32,000 nucleotides of DNA from positions 155,873-187,872 of the forward strand of contig NZ_QMIE01000002.1 of the NCBI RefSeq assembly GCF_007625075.1, written 5' to 3'. Below are positions 8,174 to 16,474 of this stretch, one piece after another. A program made the position numbers and the translations under genes. This DNA comes from Oceanidesulfovibrio indonesiensis. GTDB lineage: Bacteria > Desulfobacterota > Desulfovibrionia > Desulfovibrionales > Desulfovibrionaceae. The notes under the pieces were generated by a model. That model had not been told where the DNA came from, ran no database searches, and saw nothing but the letters and a program-made list of their open reading frames with translations. How positions within the stretch are numbered: position 1 is the first letter of the stretch; each line of letters begins with the position of its first letter.

Positions 8174-9495
8174 GCTACGAAATGATCGCCCTGATGATGT
8201 TCTCCAGCCTGTTGCTTCTGCTTCTTACCGGGCAGCGGGTTTTCGGCGTCGTCGGATTCGTCGGAGCAATGGCCTCCCTGTTCCTGTGGGGGGACGGTGG
8301 CGCGGAGATGCCGTTCAACGCGAGCATCGTGCTCCTCAACTGGTTTCCTCTGCTGACGCTGCCCTTGTTCATCTTCATGGGCTACATGCTGTCGGAATCA
8401 GGAATCGCTAACGATCTCTACAAGATGCTGCACGTGTGGATGGGGCCGTTGAACGGCGGGCTGGCCATCGGCACGGTTGTGCTCATGGTGGCCATTTCGG
8501 CCATGAACGGTCTGAGCGTGGCGGGCATGGCCATAGGCACCAGCATAGCCCTGCCGGAGATGCTCAAGCGCGGGTACGACAAACGCATGGTCACCGGAGT
8601 CATCCAGGCCGGCAGCTCGCTTGGCATCATGGTGCCGCCCAGCATCGTGCTCGTGCTCTACGGCATGATCGCCAGGCAGCCCGTGAGCCAGCTGTGGCTC
8701 GCCGGCGTCCTTCCCGGCCTGCTGTTCGCCGGCATGTTCGTCGGCTACATCGTCATCCGCTGTTTCCTTCAGAAGGATCTCGGTCCGGCGCTGACGGTCG
8801 AGGAGCGCCAGGAGATTTCCAATCGCGAAAAATACAGGCTGTTGCGCGCCGGCATTCTGCCGCTTGCCATCGTCTTCACGGTAACCGGTCTGTTCATGAT
8901 GGGCGTGACCAGCCTGGTGGAGAGCTCGGCCGTGGGCGCCGCCGCCGCGACCCTGGCTGCCGTGGCCAAGAGGCGCCTTACCTTCAAGGTGCTGGACAAT
9001 GCGCTGCACAAGACGCTCTCGGTGAGCTGCATGTTCATGTGGATCATTCTGGCGGCGCTCTGCTTCGGCGCGGTGTTCGACGGCCTCGGCGCGGTGCACG
9101 CCATCAAGGTGCTGTTTCTGGACCAGTGGGGCCTCAGCCCGTGGGGCGTGCTCATCATGATGCAGATCACGTACATCATCATGGGCATGTTCCTGGACGA
9201 CACGGCCATGCTCGTCATCGTGGCGCCGCTGTACATTCCGCTGATCATCTCGCTGGGCTTCAACCCGGTATGGTACGGCGTTCTGTACACGGTCACCTGC
9301 CAGATCGCATATATGACCCCGCCATTCGGCTACAACCTGTTCCTGATGAAGGCCATGGCCCCCAAGGAGGTGACGCTGGTGGACATCTACCGATCCATCG
9401 TCCCATTCGTCATACTCATGATCATCGGCCTCGGCCTCGTCATGGCGTTCCCCCAGATCGCTCTGTATCTGCCGGAACTCTACTACGGGAACTGA
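8170..9495 (+). CDS. dctM: TRAP transporter large permease (DctM-type)
   Basis: 441-aa polytopic protein with DctM-like blocks (GGLAIGTVVLMVAISAMNG, PPSIVLVLYG, YMTPPFGYNLF). Confidence 0.92.
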   Translation: MSYEMIALMMFSSLLLLLLTGQRVFGVVGFVGAMASLFLWGDGGAEMPFNASIVLLNWFPLLTLPLFIFMGYMLSESGIANDLYKMLHVWMGPLNGGLAIGTVVLMVAISAMNGLSVAGMAIGTSIALPEMLKRGYDKRMVTGVIQAGSSLGIMVPPSIVLVLYGMIARQPVSQLWLAGVLPGLLFAGMFVGYIVIRCFLQKDLGPALTVEERQEISNREKYRLLRAGILPLAIVFTVTGLFMMGVTSLVESSAVGAAAATLAAVAKRRLTFKVLDNALHKTLSVSCMFMWIILAALCFGAVFDGLGAVHAIKVLFLDQWGLSPWGVLIMMQITYIIMGMFLDDTAMLVIVAPLYIPLIISLGFNPVWYGVLYTVTCQIAYMTPPFGYNLFLMKAMAPKEVTLVDIYRSIVPFVILMIIGLGLVMAFPQIALYLPELYYGN

Positions 9496-9513
9496 TCGCA
9501 AAGACCTGCCTGA

Positions 9514-9554
9514 CGCTTCCGCATCCGCTACGCCTCTGCCCGGATGCGGAAGCG
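9514..9554 (+). promoter_or_regulatory. Perfect 14-bp stem-loop between dctM and eutB
   Basis: CGCTTCCGCATCCG (9514-9527) pairs with CGGATGCGGAAGCG (9541-9554), with a 13-nt loop. It starts 19 nt after the dctM stop and no U-tract follows. Confidence 0.5.
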
Positions 9555-9628
9555 CCACAGGCGAAATGTCCATACTGCGGGACCGGCGCCCCGGAAAAGG
9601 AGCGCGGGTTCAGGGGAGAACGGATACA

Positions 9629-10978
9629 ATGAGCTTGCGCGAACTCATGGCCAAGGCAACGCCGTTGCGATCCGGCGACGTGCTGGCCGGCGTGGCCGCG
9701 GCGACGGAAGAGGAGCGGGTGAAGGCTCAGATGCGGCTGGCGGATGTGCCGTTGAAGAGATTTCTCAACGAATGCGTCATCCCGTACGAGGAGGACGAGG
9801 TTACCAGGCTCATCATCGACGAACACGACGCCGAAGCCTTTGCGTCGGTAAGCAGCTTTACCGTAGGCCAACTGCGGGACTGGCTGCTCACGGACCAGGC
9901 GTGCCCCGACACTCTGGAAGCGTTGGCTGCTGGACTCACCCCGGAGATGGTCGCCGCCGTGAGCAAGCTGATGCGTGTGCAGGATCTCATTCTGGTGGCG
10001 TCCAAATGCCGCGTGGTCACGCGGTTTCGGAACACCATCGGGCTGCCGGGGCGCTTCTCCGTGCGTCTGCAGCCCAACCACCCCACGGACGACCTCAAGG
10101 GCATAGCCGCCTCCACCCTGGACGGCCTGTGCTACGGCTGCGGGGACGCCGTCATCGGCATCAACCCGGCCACGGACAACCTGGAGAACATTTCGCGGCT
10201 TCTGTGGATGCTGGACTCCATCATCCAACGGTACGAAATACCCACGCAGAGCTGCGTGCTGACCCACGTGACCACCACGGTGGAGGCCATAGGGCAGGGC
10301 GTGCCCGTGGACTTGTGCTTTCAATCCATTGCCGGCGCGGAGAAGGCCAATTCGAGCTTCGGCATCAACCTGGCCATGCTCCAGGAGGCGTACGAGGCAA
10401 CTCTCTCGCAAAAGCGCGGCACGGTGGGCGAAAACGTCATGTACTTCGAAACGGGGCAAGGCAGCGCGCTTTCGGCCAACGCACATGGCGGCGTGGATCA
10501 GCAGACCCTGGAGGCGCGAGCCTATGCAGTGGCCCGCAAATACAAGCCCCTGCTCGTGAACACGGTAGTGGGCTTCATCGGGCCGGAATACCTGTTCAAC
10601 GGCAAGCAGATCCTGCGCGCCGGGCTGGAGGACCATTTCTGCGGCAAGCTCCTGGGGCTGCCCATGGGCGTGGACGTCTGCTACACCAACCACGCCGAGG
10701 CCGACCAGGACGACATGGACACGCTGCTGACCCTGCTGGGCGCCGCAGGATGCAACTTCGTGATGGGCATTCCCGGAGCCGACGACATCATGCTCAACTA
10801 CCAGTCCACCTCCTTCCACGACGCCGCCTATCTGCGCAAGCTATTGGGATTGAAACCTGCCCCTGAGTTTTCGGAGTGGCTGGAACAGGTCGGTGTGCTC
10901 GATGCGCAAGGAGGGCTGCGGTCCATCGAAGGCGGCAATGCGCTGCTCGCGCTCCCCAGGTATCTGGAAACCACATGA
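9629..10978 (+). CDS. eutB: Ethanolamine ammonia-lyase large subunit
   Basis: Internal ATG 9629 of ORF 9566..10978. Strong identity by eye to E. coli EutB across the whole length (LRSGDVLAGVAAA, RLQPN, GDAVIGINPA, YFETGQGSALSA, VNTVVGFIGPEYL, IRAGLEDHF, CYTNHA, DDIMLNYQ). Confidence 0.95.
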   Translation: MSLRELMAKATPLRSGDVLAGVAAATEEERVKAQMRLADVPLKRFLNECVIPYEEDEVTRLIIDEHDAEAFASVSSFTVGQLRDWLLTDQACPDTLEALAAGLTPEMVAAVSKLMRVQDLILVASKCRVVTRFRNTIGLPGRFSVRLQPNHPTDDLKGIAASTLDGLCYGCGDAVIGINPATDNLENISRLLWMLDSIIQRYEIPTQSCVLTHVTTTVEAIGQGVPVDLCFQSIAGAEKANSSFGINLAMLQEAYEATLSQKRGTVGENVMYFETGQGSALSANAHGGVDQQTLEARAYAVARKYKPLLVNTVVGFIGPEYLFNGKQILRAGLEDHFCGKLLGLPMGVDVCYTNHAEADQDDMDTLLTLLGAAGCNFVMGIPGADDIMLNYQSTSFHDAAYLRKLLGLKPAPEFSEWLEQVGVLDAQGGLRSIEGGNALLALPRYLETT

Positions 10979-11790
10979 CCAAGCCGGCAGAGAACGCCAT
11001 GAAAAAGAAACAGTCACCAGTCACACCGGATGGGTGGAGCGAGCTGAAACAATTCACGGATGCGCGGATAAGCCTGGGCCGATGCGGCTCCAGCCTGCCG
11101 CTCTCCGAGGCCCTTTCGTTCCGGCTGGCTCATGCCCGGGCCAGAGACGCAGTGTGGAGCCCATTCAATGCGGAAGGACTGTCCGCTGATATCGAGGCGC
11201 TGGGGTGTCGCTGCCTGCGTCTTGCAAGCAGCGTGACGGATCGCAGTGAATACCTCACCCGACCGGACAAGGGCCGCCGGCTCGGCGAGGAATCCCGCGC
11301 GCTGCTCGAAAAAGAATCGACGGGCTATGATTTGTGCCTCGTGGTGAGCGACGGGCTATCCTCCCGCGCTATCAACGAGAATGCCGTGCCGTTTCTGGAG
11401 CGCTTTCTGCCACTGACTCGCGCGGCAGGCCTGACCGTGGCTCCAGTCTGCCTGGTGGAAAACGGCAGGGTGGCCATTGCCGACGAGGTAGCGTCAATTC
11501 TGGAAGCCAAGCTTACGGCAATCCTCATTGGCGAGAGGCCAGGCCTGAGCTCGCCCAACTCCATGGGCATTTACATGACCTACGCACCCAGGCAGGGCGC
11601 AACTGACGAAGCTCGCAACTGCATATCCAACGTGCGCCAAGGCGGCATGACCATCGAGGCCGGGGTGCAGAAGCTCGCGTATCTCATGGAAACGGCGTTT
11701 CGGATGCAAACGTCGGGCGTAGCGCTCAAGGATAAAATGTCGCCGGACTACCTGCCGTTCGGCGGATTGGACGCGGCACTGGGTCGGTAG
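10975..11790 (+). CDS. eutC: Ethanolamine ammonia-lyase small subunit (no long N-terminal extension)
   Basis: ATG 10975 overlaps the eutB stop (ATGA). EutC blocks are present: YLTRPDKGRRL, VVSDGLSSRAI, LIGERPGLSSP, CISNVRQGG. It is 271 aa against 295 aa in E. coli and lacks the N-terminal microcompartment-targeting region. Confidence 0.93.
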   Translation: MTKPAENAMKKKQSPVTPDGWSELKQFTDARISLGRCGSSLPLSEALSFRLAHARARDAVWSPFNAEGLSADIEALGCRCLRLASSVTDRSEYLTRPDKGRRLGEESRALLEKESTGYDLCLVVSDGLSSRAINENAVPFLERFLPLTRAAGLTVAPVCLVENGRVAIADEVASILEAKLTAILIGERPGLSSPNSMGIYMTYAPRQGATDEARNCISNVRQGGMTIEAGVQKLAYLMETAFRMQTSGVALKDKMSPDYLPFGGLDAALGR

Positions 11791-12014
11791 CTGGCGGCTC
11801 CACTTTTTCTGGGGCATCCTTCCGGAAAAGGTCAACCCCTAGCATGTTTCTATGATGCGAATGGGTTACTGAGTTTTCCTGCTCCTTGGCGCGCGGTTCG
11901 GAACAGCACGCGAGATAGCTTTGAAGCCAGGCCGTTGGCGTTGTTGCGATGCGTCGTCCTGAGGAGGGCAGGGCGGCGCTTTCCGGTTCCGGAGTTGGGT
12001 ATCGGCCATGGATA

Positions 12015-12803
12015 TCAACGCGCTGTGGCCTCCTCCAGCTCCACGGCATCAGGTGATGGTGCGTGCATTCGCGACAGGAGCGCGACGGCTTCGTTGGCGT
12101 TGCGGGGCCATTGGCGTTTAAAGGCACGCTCGGCCAGGGGGAGGAACGCGGCCACCATGTCCGGGTCGAGCTGGCTGCCGGCTGCGGAGCGCAACTCGTC
12201 CAGGGCGAGCTCTATGGACATGCCGGAGCGGTAGGGCCTGTCCTGAACCATGGCGGAGAGCGCATCCGCCACGGCGAGAACGCGCGCCCCAGGCGGGATT
12301 TTACGGGCGCGCAGACCGTGCGGGTAGCCGCCGCCGTCCCAGCGTTCGTGATGGTGCAGAATCATGGCGGCAATGCCGGAATCCCCGTTGAGGGCTTTGA
12401 CAGGCGCGACGATCTGGGCGCCTATCTCCGGATGCCTGCGTACGGCGGCCCACTCCTCTTCAGTCAGGCGCCCGGGCTTGCTCAGAATGCAATCGGGCAG
12501 GCCGATCTTACCGATGTCGTGCAGATGGCCGGCTATATGGATGTCGCCGGCCCTGCGGGGTGAGAACCCGACTTCCAGAGCAAGGCAGTGGGCGATGACG
12601 GCCACTTGTTCGGAGTGGTCCTGTGTGCAGTGGTCCTTGGCGTCCATGGCGTTCCCCAGGGACTCCGCGAACTGGTGGATGGAGTGGCACAATGGGCTGC
12701 ACGGTGGAATGACCGGGTGTTCGGGCGCGCAGCGCTCGCACAGGTCGCCGCGCGATGCGGGTGCAGATCTTTCGGCCTGCGTGTCGAAGCAGTAATCTCC
12801 CAT
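12015..12803 (-). CDS. HD-GYP domain protein (putative c-di-GMP phosphodiesterase) with a Cys-rich N-terminus
   Basis: HLHDIGKIG...HHHERWDGGGYPHGL... are HD-GYP hallmarks. The N-terminal 40 aa carry 5 Cys (CFDT...CERC...CSPLC). Confidence 0.88.
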   Translation of the reverse strand: MGDYCFDTQAERSAPASRGDLCERCAPEHPVIPPCSPLCHSIHQFAESLGNAMDAKDHCTQDHSEQVAVIAHCLALEVGFSPRRAGDIHIAGHLHDIGKIGLPDCILSKPGRLTEEEWAAVRRHPEIGAQIVAPVKALNGDSGIAAMILHHHERWDGGGYPHGLRARKIPPGARVLAVADALSAMVQDRPYRSGMSIELALDELRSAAGSQLDPDMVAAFLPLAERAFKRQWPRNANEAVALLSRMHAPSPDAVELEEATAR

Positions 12804-13009
12804 GGCGAGCCTTTCTGGATAATCTTCACCAAACTGGTAGCAAAGTATTTTGAAAAAAAGGACCCGTTGTCAGATGACGTCCGGGGTCTTTATGTATTGA
12901 AAACGAGAATCAGAGTCAAGCAGTAGCTTTCTGCTGGGGAAATTCTGATTCAGGCATGGGGGGCTGAAGCTCCCGGGGAACCTGAGTGGAAAGAAAGTGA
13001 AAAACATGG

Positions 13010-13039
13010 TTGACAATGATTCTCAATCCCATTTATACC
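13010..13039 (+). promoter_or_regulatory. Candidate sigma70 promoter for the DUF2325 gene
   Basis: TTGACA (13010-13015), an 18-nt spacer, then TATACC (13034-13039). It would give a leader of about 175 nt before ATG 13222. Confidence 0.3.
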
Positions 13040-13221
13040 AGCACTACACGGTGGGCGCGCCAATGCGTCGGCCGTGTACGCCGCTCGGGGCGGCGGTCTC
13101 CGCCAGGGCCGCATCAGCCGGCAGGTGTGCGAACACCCGGGAAGTACGGGAGACCTCATCCGGTAGCGCAAACCGTTCGCGCCGCCCCGTGAAAAATCTT
13201 TACGTCGCAGGAGTTTCAGCC

Positions 13222-14502
13222 ATGTTGATGGACCCGCAACGAACCAACACGCAGACAGTCGCCAAGCGTAAACGAATTTGGGAACTCGTCGATCTCCAGT
13301 GCCCGATCATCGGCACCTGCCTGACTCTCGGCGAGTTGCGAAAAATTGCCCGCCAATCGGATGTGGAGTTTCCGGACAACGTCTCGGAGTTCGACATCCA
13401 CAGCTACTTCGTTTCCTGTTGCAAGGAGCCGTCCCGCATTGCCCGCCTCGTGACAAAAAAGCTGGACAGGAAGTATGCAGCGAAGCTCCGCCGTTACGGC
13501 TCCTGCAAGGACGACGACGCGATTCGAACTCTCTGGGTGGAGGACAGGGAACACGGCGACATCCCGGGACCGTTCTGGGCTGTCATCTCACACGCGCATA
13601 CCTCCACGCGGCTGCGCACCGAAGTCTTCGGCGAGGTGCACATGCTGTCCCATCTGGTCGGCTCGGCCAATCGCGCGGACATCCGCAGGCTCTCCGACCT
13701 TGAAGCCGAGCAGGAGCGACTGACCCACGCCATGCAGCGGATGAAAACCGTTTTCGCCGATCGCGTTCGCGCGTTGCAAGGCGAGCGGAACGCCATGGCC
13801 GACCAGGTGGATGCGCTCAAACGCGAGATGCACTTTCTCTCGACGCGCAAGGAGGACGCCGTGCCGCCCGAAAACAAAACCGGCGAAACGCTTCAGGAAC
13901 TGGAGGCGGAGATGCTCCGCCGCGAGTTGGACGAGGCGTGGCGCGAACGGAACGAAGTGTTCAAACTGCTGGAGGCCGAATCGCGGCGCCTTGAATACCT
14001 GGAGTCCGAGAACCGCGAACTCGCCGCCGAAAACAGGGTGCTCGAAGAGGAGATCGCCAGGCTGCTGGAGAAATCGTACGCGAAGTGCCCGGACGGCTGC
14101 GCAGGAAAGTGCCCCTGTCCGGATCTGTGCGGCATGTGCGTGCTCTACGTGGGCGGCCGCACCGGCCTGGTGCCGCAGTACCGCGCTCTGGTGGAATCCC
14201 GCGGGGGCACGCTCATCCACCACGACGGCGGCATGGAGGAAGCGCCCAAGCGTCTGGAAAGCGTCCTCGCCCAGGCGGACGCCGTGGTTTGCCCGGTGGA
14301 TTGTGTGAGCCACGAGGCGTGCACCATCGTGAAATCGTATTGCAAACGCGCTCTGAAACCCTGCTTCATGATGCGTACGGCCGGCATTTCCTCCCTGGCC
14401 AAAACCGTTTCCAGCCTGCCGGAGCAGTCGTGCCCCCCCAACTCGCACGCTGTATCCATCATCGGCGCCCAGGCGTCATCTACAACCGTGCAGCAGTCTT
14501 AA
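13222..14502 (+). CDS. Cys-rich DUF2325-domain protein with a central coiled coil
   Basis: Internal ATG 13222 of ORF 12997..14502, with GCAGGAG 8 nt upstream. The C-terminus VLYVGGRTG...LIHHDGG...ADAVVCPVDCVSHEA...K matches my recollection of DUF2325. The central part is a Glu/Arg/Leu-rich heptad-like region. There is a CPDGCAGKCPCPDLCGMC cluster. Confidence 0.75.
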   Translation: MLMDPQRTNTQTVAKRKRIWELVDLQCPIIGTCLTLGELRKIARQSDVEFPDNVSEFDIHSYFVSCCKEPSRIARLVTKKLDRKYAAKLRRYGSCKDDDAIRTLWVEDREHGDIPGPFWAVISHAHTSTRLRTEVFGEVHMLSHLVGSANRADIRRLSDLEAEQERLTHAMQRMKTVFADRVRALQGERNAMADQVDALKREMHFLSTRKEDAVPPENKTGETLQELEAEMLRRELDEAWRERNEVFKLLEAESRRLEYLESENRELAAENRVLEEEIARLLEKSYAKCPDGCAGKCPCPDLCGMCVLYVGGRTGLVPQYRALVESRGGTLIHHDGGMEEAPKRLESVLAQADAVVCPVDCVSHEACTIVKSYCKRALKPCFMMRTAGISSLAKTVSSLPEQSCPPNSHAVSIIGAQASSTTVQQS

Positions 14503-14513
14503 GGAGTTTAGCC

Positions 14514-14699
14514 ATGGTTATGCGTTCATCCATTTCGTCGGGCGGTTGCCTTCGAAAATTTTTCGACAAATCGTTGGCCGGACCGAGCACGGCGCAAACC
14601 CGAAAGGCTGCGCCGTCGGTCGGGGCGTCTTCGCAAGCCGCCTCTGCTCAGGCGCAGTGCAATGGTTGCGCGAAGTGCGTGCCTGAGCAATGCAGTTGA
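14514..14699 (+). CDS. 61-aa Cys-rich small protein, tightly coupled to the DUF2325 gene
   Basis: AAGGAG (14501-14506) 7 nt before ATG 14514, and 11 nt after the upstream stop. Sequence MVMRSSISSGGCLRKFFDKSLAGPSTAQTRKAAPSVGASSQAASAQAQCNGCAKCVPEQCS*. In the track it appears only as the tail of a longer shadow ORF (14085..14699). Confidence 0.5.
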   Translation: MVMRSSISSGGCLRKFFDKSLAGPSTAQTRKAAPSVGASSQAASAQAQCNGCAKCVPEQCS

Positions 14700-14985
14700 A
14701 CTGAGCAGGAACAGTCTTCCTCCGCAGCAAGTGCGGGTGGAATCGGCAGGGTGTGACGGTCCGCGGCAATGGTTGCTGACACTCCATGCATGAGCCGACA
14801 CTCCGGACCGTCGAAACGACGTCGCCTCCATGGGACGGGTCGTTTCAGGAACACACGGGCCGCCTGGCTCTCCCCGGGAAAGAAGTGGTTGCACGACGGG
14901 GAGACTCCGGGCGGCCCGCTTGTTTCGGCAGGCGAGCAGGGCAACGCTACGAAAGTCCGCGCGCAGCCTTGTTCTTATTGGTCAG

Positions 14986-15288
14986 CTAAATTTCGTAATC
15001 CACCACGCGGCGCTCCGCCGCCACGGCCTTCACGAACTCCACAACCTCCAGGTGCAGGGGATGCGTAGCGTACGCCTTCAGGTCTTCCCTGGAGTCGAAA
15101 ACGCTGTAGAGAATCGCATCCGTCTGAGGCGCGGATTCGAAAACCTCCACGCCCACTTCGAGTTCGCGGATCTGCGGGATCTTCCCGACCAGCGCTTCGA
15201 GCTTTTCTTTCATCGCGGCGGCGTTCTCCGCCGGGGTGCCCTTGTCCGAATCAGTCTTCAAAGTCCACATGACGATGTGTTTGATCAT
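14986..15288 (-). CDS. Dabb (stress-responsive alpha/beta-barrel) family protein
   Basis: 100 aa. MIKHIVMWTLK...LEALVGKIPQIRELEVG...DSREDLKAYATHPLHLEV is the typical Dabb pattern. Confidence 0.85.
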   Translation of the reverse strand: MIKHIVMWTLKTDSDKGTPAENAAAMKEKLEALVGKIPQIRELEVGVEVFESAPQTDAILYSVFDSREDLKAYATHPLHLEVVEFVKAVAAERRVVDYEI

Positions 15289-15492
15289 TGTAACCTCCGT
15301 GGCGTAGTGTAGGGAATGTTGCCGGAAATGGGAATGCCGGGCGGATCGTTTTCCCGGGCACCGAACGCCGGATGGGGATGTGATGTTCGACAGGCTTTCG
15401 GCAAGCCATGTCCGGCGAGTTGTTTTCGCGAATAACGTACAGGATCCTGGACGCAGTACGGCCAGGGCCTGACATCGACTCGTAATGCAAAT

Positions 15493-16140
15493 ATGAGTTC
15501 ACGCCAATTCTTCAAAGAGATGGCCGGGACGCTCGGCCGCGAAGTTCGCAAGGCCAAGGGCGCGATCCGGGAATATGCCGCGGGACCGCACACCATCGGC
15601 ATCGGCAATCGTGAGCTGACCCGCCTCGACTCGCGTCTGGCGTCCATCATATCGGACAAAGGAGTGGAGAATCTCAAAGTCCGGCTCAGACAGGATTCCA
15701 TGCACGTCACTGGTCGGTTCACTGCGCGGGTCGGCGGCGCATTCGATGTGGACCTCGTTCCGGACGGCATTATCTGGGAGGAAGGCAACCACGTGCTGTT
15801 CTTCAGGATCGCCAGACAGGACGTGGTAATGGATGGCAGGGTGATGAACGCCTTGCAGGTTGCGGTGTCCCGCACGTGCAACGCTCTGTTCGGAGACGCC
15901 TTCCTGAACGAGAAACTGGGCGTGGTGGACAAGGACGGTCGCCTGCGCATCCCGCTGGACGGTGAGGATTCCCGGCTGGACGCCATTATCGACTCCATGG
16001 AGTTGCATTCCCTGGAGTGTGTGGACGAGCGTTTGCGCATCACTTTTTCGCCCAGGCTGAAGCAGGCCATGACGCACGCGAAAACCGTATGGCGCTGGTG
16101 GCGGGAGCGTGGAAAGCAGGACGAAACCGGCAACGTTTGA
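15493..16140 (+). CDS. Hypothetical protein (215 aa), no family recognised
   Basis: Strong G/C third-position bias in this frame and a balanced amino-acid composition. The overlapping minus-strand ORFs are Ser/Arg/Pro-rich shadows. No visible SD. Confidence 0.6.
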   Translation: MSSRQFFKEMAGTLGREVRKAKGAIREYAAGPHTIGIGNRELTRLDSRLASIISDKGVENLKVRLRQDSMHVTGRFTARVGGAFDVDLVPDGIIWEEGNHVLFFRIARQDVVMDGRVMNALQVAVSRTCNALFGDAFLNEKLGVVDKDGRLRIPLDGEDSRLDAIIDSMELHSLECVDERLRITFSPRLKQAMTHAKTVWRWWRERGKQDETGNV

Positions 16141-16158
16141 TTCCGCATCACTGCGGAA
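16141..16158 (+). promoter_or_regulatory. Stem-loop immediately after the stop of the 215-aa gene
   Basis: TTCCGCA-tcac-TGCGGAA, a 7-bp stem starting 1 nt after TGA 16138-16140. It shares TTCCGCATC and TGCGGAAGC with the hairpin at 9514-9554. Confidence 0.4.
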
Positions 16159-16474
16159 GCCTCCAGGCCGTGCCGCGCCTGGAGCGGTGCCGTCCGGTCC
16201 TCTGCCATGCCGTGCGGGCGGCGACTTACTTGTTGCTGCGCACCGTGATCCACCCCGGAACTGGTATTGTTCGGCACGAGGGCGCCGGCCACGTGCTCAC
16301 GCGCCTTTCATCGTGCAGGCTCTTCGGAGTCGAGGACGTCCTTTGGACTGTAAAGCAAGGACGCAATAATTCTCTCCACAACTCCCGGACTTCGAACGCC
16401 GGAAGGCTGTCGCGACGGCTTTACAGAGCATCGGGGCAGGATTATGAAGAAAAAAACATACCCCGAATACGACC

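Noticed and set aside
13040-13221. Possible c-di-GMP riboswitch in the roughly 175-nt structured leader of the DUF2325 gene (next to an HD-GYP gene)
   Set aside because: Only short resemblances (GCAAACC) to the GEMM-I consensus. No convincing P1/P2 with a tetraloop and receptor arrangement. It cannot be supported without a covariance-model search.
14697-14760. Read-through of the TGA stop of the 61-aa Cys-rich ORF as selenocysteine (a CCGCA/TGCGG hairpin lies 22 nt downstream)
   Set aside because: The stem is only 5 bp with a GCAAG loop. The downstream frame runs only about 20 codons into low-complexity sequence and ends at another TGA. This is far weaker than the hgcA case.
15285-16292. 335-aa minus-strand ORF covering the 215-aa hypothetical gene
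   Set aside because: The translation is Ser/Arg/Pro-rich. The plus-strand frame has a much stronger G/C third-position bias and a balanced composition.
16343-16370. Sigma70-like promoter TTGGAC-N16-AATAAT about 105 nt upstream of ATG 16475
   Set aside because: The -35 match is weak (3/6) and there is no supporting evidence. It is kept only as a note, because if real it would place the in-frame TGA inside the hgcA transcript.
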